Below are positions 58,020 to 64,000 of a DNA stretch of 64,000 nt, in pieces (positions within the stretch are counted from its first letter, which is position 1; the number at the start of each line of letters is the position of its first letter). This DNA comes from an uncultured Gammaproteobacteria bacterium (lineage in GTDB: Bacteria > Patescibacteriota > Patescibacteriia > UBA9934 > GWF2-40-263), in the NCBI GenBank assembly GCA_964538435.1, contig CAZIDX010000001.1, positions 139,304-203,303 on the forward strand. Reading direction: 5' to 3'. A model generated the notes under the pieces. That model did not search any database. It was given only the letters and a program-made list of their open reading frames with translations, and was not told where the DNA came from. Made by a program: the position numbers and the translations under genes.

Positions 58020-58328
58020 TTATTTACTCGGCCTACACATCATTTTAAAAACCACAATAAGCAAAAGAACTCCGCCTACTGTAATTCCTGTAATCGCACC
58101 TGCGCTCAAATCATAACTATTCGGTAAATAAAACATCACAAACGGAACAAACAGTAAAATAAGCACCACAAGCACCCAAGAAGCCTTTGTTATCCTCTTT
58201 TTGCAGGGAAAACACAGAATTTTTTCTTCGTACACAGCCTCTGAACCATACATTTGCGCTCTTCTAATAATCGCTTGGTCTGCAGGAACCTCTTCTTTGC
58301 AATTAGAGCATGTAACTTTTGCAGACAT
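58020..58328 (-). CDS. Zinc-finger + 2 TM small protein
   Basis: CSNC...CFPC followed by two hydrophobic helices. Confidence 0.6.
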   Translation of the reverse strand: MSAKVTCSNCKEEVPADQAIIRRAQMYGSEAVYEEKILCFPCKKRITKASWVLVVLILLFVPFVMFYLPNSYDLSAGAITGITVGGVLLLIVVFKMMCRPSK

Positions 58329-58329
58329 A

Positions 58330-59070
58330 TTATTTCATTTTTAATTTCTTAGCACGAAGCACGAAAATCCCTGCTGCTATCACAAGCAAGACGAGAATGA
58401 TTATTAGAATCATTTTCATATTGTTCTCGAAAACAAAACCCGCTGAAGTTACCCCACTATGAAACGAGTACGTAAACATCTCAACGACATCATTGCAACT
58501 AGTCTCTTCGTCCCCAACGCCCATTTGCACATTCATGACATTATCCTCAACCTCACCTGAGTCAATATCCGCAATCTGTTCGCGTGGAACTGAAAGAACA
58601 AAAACGTTTCCTTCCACAGCATAATCATCAGACTCAAAACCATACAAAGCCTCTGGTGGCCAACTTTCATCGCTTGCCAAGTAAAGAATGCTCTCATTCA
58701 CGATTATCTCACAATCGTTTTGAGTGAACACCGCTCTATAATCGACCACCTCGTCCTGATCAACATCAATCCCAGCCCAAAATGAAACATCGTGGCACTC
58801 ACCGACCGATTCCTTATTTTCAAAAATCCAATCAAAATACATGTTCCCTTCATCATGAGTAACCGCTACCCCCTGCAAATCATACAAAAAGCCCTCATTC
58901 TCAATGTCACACCGTACCCCTGCAACATCGCTTGAACTAGATACATCTCCAGATTGATCAAGGACACTTTTCACACCCAAAGGATCAGCTGCATATGCCA
59001 CCGCAGCAAATGCAAACACAACCAAAATGCAAATCAAGACACCTAAACGTTCAAAAGTTTGGCTATTCAT
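58330..59070 (-). CDS. Exported protein with C-terminal membrane anchor
   Basis: Signal peptide; C-terminal TM plus basic tail. Confidence 0.65.
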   Translation of the reverse strand: MNSQTFERLGVLICILVVFAFAAVAYAADPLGVKSVLDQSGDVSSSSDVAGVRCDIENEGFLYDLQGVAVTHDEGNMYFDWIFENKESVGECHDVSFWAGIDVDQDEVVDYRAVFTQNDCEIIVNESILYLASDESWPPEALYGFESDDYAVEGNVFVLSVPREQIADIDSGEVEDNVMNVQMGVGDEETSCNDVVEMFTYSFHSGVTSAGFVFENNMKMILIIILVLLVIAAGIFVLRAKKLKMK

Positions 59071-59154
59071 ATACAAAAAGTATATCACAAGAACAAACAA
59101 ATTTCTCTAAAATATTTGCTATAATGTGCCCATAAACCATATTTATAACAGTCT

Positions 59155-59565
59155 ATGAAAAAACACATACAAAAACTCGTTTTTCAAGACAAAGACGGAA
59201 ACAAAACCAAAGACATGGAAGGATCTGAAACGTTAAACATTGGAGATACTTTCTCAGCAACATTAACAGAGCTTGATAATCAAGTTATCCATTACGAGGT
59301 TGTCGATAAACAAGAAAAAGAAAAAAACGAGGTCATTACAACAACATACTACCTCAAGCCAATCAAGGACGACGAATCAACGGATATCAAAAACCACCCG
59401 GTAAAAATGTGGCTCCTAATTGCTGTTGTTCTCTTTGCTGTTGCTGGAAGCATTTTAAGTTTTGAAAGCTGGCAAAAAATCGGCGGTATTTTTGTCTATC
59501 TTGCTCTATTTGCTGTGATTATGGCAATCGTTTCATTTTTCAAAAAGAAAGGTAAGGACAAATAA
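59155..59565 (+). CDS. Hypothetical membrane protein
   Basis: 2 C-terminal TM segments; TATAAT upstream. Confidence 0.6.
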   Translation: MKKHIQKLVFQDKDGNKTKDMEGSETLNIGDTFSATLTELDNQVIHYEVVDKQEKEKNEVITTTYYLKPIKDDESTDIKNHPVKMWLLIAVVLFAVAGSILSFESWQKIGGIFVYLALFAVIMAIVSFFKKKGKDK

Positions 59566-59569
59566 CTCT

Positions 59570-59953
59570 ATGCGATATTTCTCACTTCTCCTGCTGCTTT
59601 TCTGTCTTGGAGGTGGATTACTGCTATCAACCAAGACCACTCATGCAGTTCCCCGAATGACAGAATTCGGAATCAACGAGACCAATCTCACTTGTGCGGA
59701 ATTTTTCATGGGCGATGAATACAGCACCTGCCACCTGCCAGATGGATGGACCGTAACTGTTGATCGTGAGTGCCCTGAAGGTTATGTGCTCATCGAAGCT
59801 GATTCGGTTTGTGATGAAACACCTGTGGTAAATCTGGAAGAAGACTTACAATCAAATACAGATGAAATCAATATCAGCTCAATCCTAAAAATCTCAATAA
59901 TCGGAATCCTGTTAATAATCGGTGCGGTGTTTCTAGTTAAAAGAAAGCAATGA
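59570..59953 (+). CDS. Small exported Cys-containing protein with C-terminal anchor
   Basis: Signal peptide; 4 Cys; TM plus KRK tail. Confidence 0.6.
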   Translation: MRYFSLLLLLFCLGGGLLLSTKTTHAVPRMTEFGINETNLTCAEFFMGDEYSTCHLPDGWTVTVDRECPEGYVLIEADSVCDETPVVNLEEDLQSNTDEINISSILKISIIGILLIIGAVFLVKRKQ

Positions 59954-61014
59954 AGCGAATAAAGGACTACTTCCAATTCCGCAAAACAAAACGGTTTTAC
60001 CAAAAACATGAGCGAATGTTTGTGCCGCTCATGCTTTTGCTTGGAACAATCGCTGATTTTGTCACCTTTAGATCAATCGAGGTCTCAACAGCCTTCACTA
60101 TACTTGGTTGCTACACTATTGTGGCCAGCCTGCTTCTTCTTTACATGCATCACTATGATGCATCAAAACCTCTCATTGCAACTGCAAACTTCCGATCCCG
60201 CCTGCGCCTTATCGCGCCACTCATCGTGCAATTCATCTTTGGAGCACTGCTCTCTGCAAGCCTAGTCTTCTACTGGTTCTCAGGAAGCTTCACACACTCA
60301 TGGCTGCTCATCATTATTCTGCTCGCACTCATGGTTTCAAACGAAGTGCTGCGAGAACACTACCTCAAACCCATCGTTCAGCTCAGCGTTTTCTATTTCA
60401 CACTTATCGCCACGCTAGCTGTCGCCCTACCTTTTGTTTTTAACTCAATATCCTCACTAATCTTTGTTCTCGCAGGTGCCTCAAGCCTAATCATCATCTT
60501 TGTTTTCCTGAAAGTTTTATATCGACTCCGACCTGATCTCAAACAACTCAAACCAAACATCTTCATTCCAATCATTTCAATCTTCATTCTTTTCAATGGC
60601 GCGTACTTTCTCAACCTAATTCCCCCGACCCCACTCTCTCTGACCGAAATCGGAGTTTACAACTCAGTTGAGCGCGTTGGAAACGATTATATTCTCACTC
60701 GCGAAGATGAAACATTCACCAGCTGGCTTCTTCCAGGCACAACCATCGCAGCAAACCCAGGCGGGCGTGTGTATGTGTTCGCATCTATCTACGCACCAGT
60801 TGATCTCAACACCTCAATCACCCACGAGTGGCAATACCTCTCAAACTCTGGTTGGAAAACCATCAACGAACTGAACTACTCAATCGTGGGAGGCCGCAAA
60901 GACGGCTACCGTGGCTACTCCTACATCACAACCTTCCAGCCTGGCAAATGGCGCGTCTACGTCAAAACCCCTCGAGGCCAAGTCATAGGAAAAACCAGCT
61001 TCAAAATCAAATAG
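59950..61014 (+). CDS. DUF2914-like membrane protein
   Basis: Multi-TM N-terminus; IPP.PL, VFASIYAP, H.W, GGRKDGYRGYS, GKWRV.V. Confidence 0.8.
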   Translation: MKRIKDYFQFRKTKRFYQKHERMFVPLMLLLGTIADFVTFRSIEVSTAFTILGCYTIVASLLLLYMHHYDASKPLIATANFRSRLRLIAPLIVQFIFGALLSASLVFYWFSGSFTHSWLLIIILLALMVSNEVLREHYLKPIVQLSVFYFTLIATLAVALPFVFNSISSLIFVLAGASSLIIIFVFLKVLYRLRPDLKQLKPNIFIPIISIFILFNGAYFLNLIPPTPLSLTEIGVYNSVERVGNDYILTREDETFTSWLLPGTTIAANPGGRVYVFASIYAPVDLNTSITHEWQYLSNSGWKTINELNYSIVGGRKDGYRGYSYITTFQPGKWRVYVKTPRGQVIGKTSFKIK

Positions 61015-61069
61015 CAAAAAACACCGATTCGATTCGGTGTTTTGTAATCCATCTTCTACCCTCAAATAA

Positions 61070-61170
61070 GGCACGCAGGATGTGCAAAATAAAAAACCAA
61101 GGTGGTGGTCGCCTTGTTAGCGCTAGACCCGGTTCCGCCTTGGTTTTTTATTTTGCACATCCTGCGTGCC
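61070..61170 (+). repeat. Dispersed structured repeat, copy 5 (core 61101-61139; perfect 31-bp arms)
   Basis: GGTGGTGGTC GCCTTGTTAGCGCTA GACCCGGTTCCGCC flanked by GGCACGCAGGATGTGCAAAATAAAAAACCAA and its exact reverse complement. Confidence 0.9.
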
Positions 61171-61176
61171 GAATCA

Positions 61177-62058
61177 TCAAAAATATTTTTCATCCAGCAT
61201 CCTCACCACCACCTCTGAATAATCCTTATTCAGCATCGGTGATTTATTTGCTTCAAAGAACTTGATTCCGTCTTCCGTACGCACAAAGTCGACTCCGGAA
61301 AGATCTACCCCACAAGCCGCGCACGCCTTCCTACAGAGCTCTGCTTCTTCATCCGTAACCTCAGAAAACTCCCAATCAGCACCCTTGCAATAGTTGTTGT
61401 AGAAACCATCTTTTGAAGAACGCTTAATCACCCCAAGCACCTCCCCCTCAAACATAGACACACGGAAGTCATGAGTGTTTGGGATGTATTCCTGTAACAA
61501 GTATGTTTCAATTTCTTTTGATTCAATAACCTCACGCTTCTTCTCTTCGGATAAAAGAAGTCTCTCATCAAGCTCTTCCAGATTATCGATCTTCCAAACT
61601 GCCCTTCCCCTATTTCCATCTGCTTTCAGCACAAGCGGAAAGGAAATGTTTTTCAAAATGTATTCCTTGTTTGATTCGTATGCAAAACTATTAACAAGCA
61701 ACGTCTCAGGAATTGGCAGGTCATTCATATGCATCATAAACATCTGCATCATCTTCCCCACGCTCTTCGTGTGTTCCTTGTTAACAGGATCATTAAAGTA
61801 GATGTTGTTATTCTCGCAATACTTCACCATCATGCTAGGCAATAACGCTTCGTAACCTCGCATCTGAAAAAAATTCAGCGCACCCCGCAGATCAAACAAC
61901 TCATTTTCTGAAACAAACCTCGCGTCCTCACCGTCTTTAAGGTGAAGAATCATGAATCGCGTTCGTGCCCTGCTGAGCTCAATCCCCCTTTTCGGACACT
62001 CTTTTTCAAATCCCCACCGGAATTTCTTTGTCGCATTAAACAAATTGATTCTTTTCAT
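61177..62058 (-). CDS. RimK-like ATP-grasp ligase
   Basis: PIPET, FPLVLK, LLQEYIP, DFRV, GVDF, FFEANKSP. Confidence 0.8.
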   Translation of the reverse strand: MKRINLFNATKKFRWGFEKECPKRGIELSRARTRFMILHLKDGEDARFVSENELFDLRGALNFFQMRGYEALLPSMMVKYCENNNIYFNDPVNKEHTKSVGKMMQMFMMHMNDLPIPETLLVNSFAYESNKEYILKNISFPLVLKADGNRGRAVWKIDNLEELDERLLLSEEKKREVIESKEIETYLLQEYIPNTHDFRVSMFEGEVLGVIKRSSKDGFYNNYCKGADWEFSEVTDEEAELCRKACAACGVDLSGVDFVRTEDGIKFFEANKSPMLNKDYSEVVVRMLDEKYF

Positions 62059-62190
62059 ACCCGTTTCTTAATAATCAAACCTCAATACGCGCCCAGTCTT
62101 AACACAAAACAACGAGTTTTTCTACCGATCACGCATGTAATCAATAAAAAATAGCCGAAAAACAGCTTTATCTTGAACATTGACGTGTCA

Positions 62191-62940
62191 CTAAACCAGT
62201 ATAGCAGACTCACTCAGCATGTAATCACCAACACTCACTCGCTTAAGCGAATAAAGCGCACAGCCGCAACCAAATTCTCCTCCCATCTCATGAGCAAGCG
62301 CTCTGATATACGTCCCAGACGTAACAGTTAGAGTACAGCCAATGAGTTGCACAGAGTCGTTATCAAAATCAAAATCCTCCCAGAGCTCGATGATCTCGTC
62401 TTGTCTAAAGCCTCCCCGCACTCGAGACGCTCGATCAAGAACATTCTTTTTGATCTCCTCGACATCCTCATTGTAAATCCTAACCCCCTCCACACCAAGC
62501 ACCCTCATTTCTTTTACAGGAACCTTAACCTCATCAAGTCTACCCTCCTTCACCCAGCAGTGAAGAGGCTTTCCTTTTACTCGATATGAAGAATACGGTG
62601 GGAACGGAAGATTATGAATTCCGAGCAAGAACGAACTAATCCTATCCTTAGTAATCTCGGACGAGGCTGATCCTCTCTTAATCAAACCAAGACAGTCATA
62701 CGTATCGGATTCAACACCAAGCAAAAACGTTGCTTCGTAAACCTTACTCATCTTTTGAAACGATTCCTTTTCATACCGCTCTTCACCTGAAAGCAAAATC
62801 AAAACCCCCTCTGCCATAGGATCTAGCCGGCCAGCATATGTAATGGGGTCATCTGCCAGTTCAGGTTGCATTTCCTTGAATTTATTAATCACATCAAGCG
62901 GAGACCACCCGATTGGTTTGTAAAAATTGTGTATTGGCAT
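62191..62940 (-). CDS. truB: tRNA pseudouridine synthase B-like
   Basis: YKPIG, YAGRLDPMAEGVL, K.Y, SGTYIRAL, LKR..VG. Confidence 0.85.
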   Translation of the reverse strand: MPIHNFYKPIGWSPLDVINKFKEMQPELADDPITYAGRLDPMAEGVLILLSGEERYEKESFQKMSKVYEATFLLGVESDTYDCLGLIKRGSASSEITKDRISSFLLGIHNLPFPPYSSYRVKGKPLHCWVKEGRLDEVKVPVKEMRVLGVEGVRIYNEDVEEIKKNVLDRASRVRGGFRQDEIIELWEDFDFDNDSVQLIGCTLTVTSGTYIRALAHEMGGEFGCGCALYSLKRVSVGDYMLSESAILV

Positions 62941-63023
62941 GACTGAAGAATAATACAGATAAGAAAAAAATGAAATTAGAAAACCAGCCCCACAAGTGAG
63001 ACTGGCGCGTTGTCGTCTAGGCC

Positions 63024-63710
63024 TTAGCCGTCCACGACTGCGATCTCGAACGGAATCTTGGCCACACCCTTGTCACCATCCGGGACCGGGCAGTAGCCTT
63101 CGTCCGAACTGGGATCTGCGTAGTAGACGGTCATGTGCTGACCATCGTTGTGTACCTCGCAGGTGACACCCGGGAACTCGGTTCCGCTCTTGAGCTTCGC
63201 GGCGTAGGTGCCGTCCTCGAAGTCGTAGCCCGGCAGCAGAGGCAGGACCAGCGACCCGTCATGGCCGGGCGCAGTGTAGATGACCGTGCTCTCGTTCCCA
63301 TGCCACGTGCCAGCACGAGGCCAGCAGGCCATGTCCGAGGCATCGAGCAGATCCAGCCCGACCTCGAGCACGTGCTGCTTACCCTTGTGGTCCGTGGCCG
63401 AGCAGGTCGCCACAGCAGGAACATCCTCGAGCGGGAACATCTCCCGCGGCAGGTCGATCAAGATCGTGAGGTCGCCCATCTCGTTGACCGCACAGGTCAT
63501 CGGGGACCAGGAGCTCTCGAGCACCTTGGTGTTGTCAGGCCGATCCAGCACAGGGATGACCTCTTCCCAGGTCTCGAAGACCAGACTGGTTTCCCCACCA
63601 TCGAAGACGAGGTCCGGGCACAGCTCGAGCGTGACACCGTCATGCGTGACGGTCGCACCCGCCTGCGCGAAGGAAGACAGAAGAACAGCGAAAGACAGAA
63701 GGAACTTCAT
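63024..63710 (-). CDS. GC-rich secreted hypothetical protein
   Basis: Signal peptide MKFLLSFAVLLSSFAQA; several Cys. Confidence 0.7.
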   Translation of the reverse strand: MKFLLSFAVLLSSFAQAGATVTHDGVTLELCPDLVFDGGETSLVFETWEEVIPVLDRPDNTKVLESSWSPMTCAVNEMGDLTILIDLPREMFPLEDVPAVATCSATDHKGKQHVLEVGLDLLDASDMACWPRAGTWHGNESTVIYTAPGHDGSLVLPLLPGYDFEDGTYAAKLKSGTEFPGVTCEVHNDGQHMTVYYADPSSDEGYCPVPDGDKGVAKIPFEIAVVDG

Positions 63711-63734
63711 GAGGTTCTCAGGGGTTCGGGGTTG

Positions 63735-63980
63735 CTACTCGTAGGAGTAGTCATCGCCTTCGGCGGTTTCTGTGACGTAGGTCCAGGACCTGCACTCGCA
63801 CGAATGCGCGACAACGCACCCGTTCCAAGAGCTGCACTGAGAGAAGTAGTTCGGTAAGCCGATCTCCTCGCAGTGGGTCTTGCATTCCTCATGCTTCTCA
63901 GCACAGGTCTCGCAGTCGTCACACGACCCGGCATACACCGGAATCGTGAGAATCAACATCAGTGTCAGAAGGAGCTTCAC
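63735..63980 (-). CDS. Small secreted Cys-rich protein
   Basis: Signal peptide (GTG start); CDDCETC...C..HC...C..C..CEC. Confidence 0.6.
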   Translation of the reverse strand: MKLLLTLMLILTIPVYAGSCDDCETCAEKHEECKTHCEEIGLPNYFSQCSSWNGCVVAHSCECRSWTYVTETAEGDDYSYE

Positions 63981-64000
63981 TGCTTCTCCGATGTTAAATG

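Overview
Bacterial chromosomal segment using genetic code 11. The gene content suggests a Patescibacteria/CPR (Parcubacteria-like) genome, which is an inference: ATP-cone/Mrr-like fusion, CxxC-x17-CxxC protein, PaaX/Cas2-like protein, DUF2914, DUF3179, short MetG and many SD-less genes. It carries a partial UvrD/PcrA helicase, a complete V/A-type ATPase operon (H/G-I-K-E-C-F-A-B-D, with Na+-type signature residues), tatD-cvpA-metG-rsmI, ahpC, pepA, rarA, cfa, a yigZ-like gene, a truB-like gene and a rimK-like gene. Many GC-rich orphan genes are interspersed, often with their own sigma70 promoter, strong Shine-Dalgarno and terminator. No rRNA, tRNA, CRISPR array or transposase was recognised. 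Three signals stand out. (1) Five dispersed intergenic copies of a ~40-nt structured core (GGTGGTGGTC...GRCCCGGYTCCGCC), all on the + strand, with compensatory changes and, in four copies, long copy-specific inverted-repeat arms. (2) A wHTH + Cas2/PaaX-like gene bounded exactly by a perfect 27-bp inverted repeat with a palindromic centre. (3) A 16-bp inverted repeat bracketing two back-to-back promoters. All family assignments come from motif recognition by eye, not database searches.
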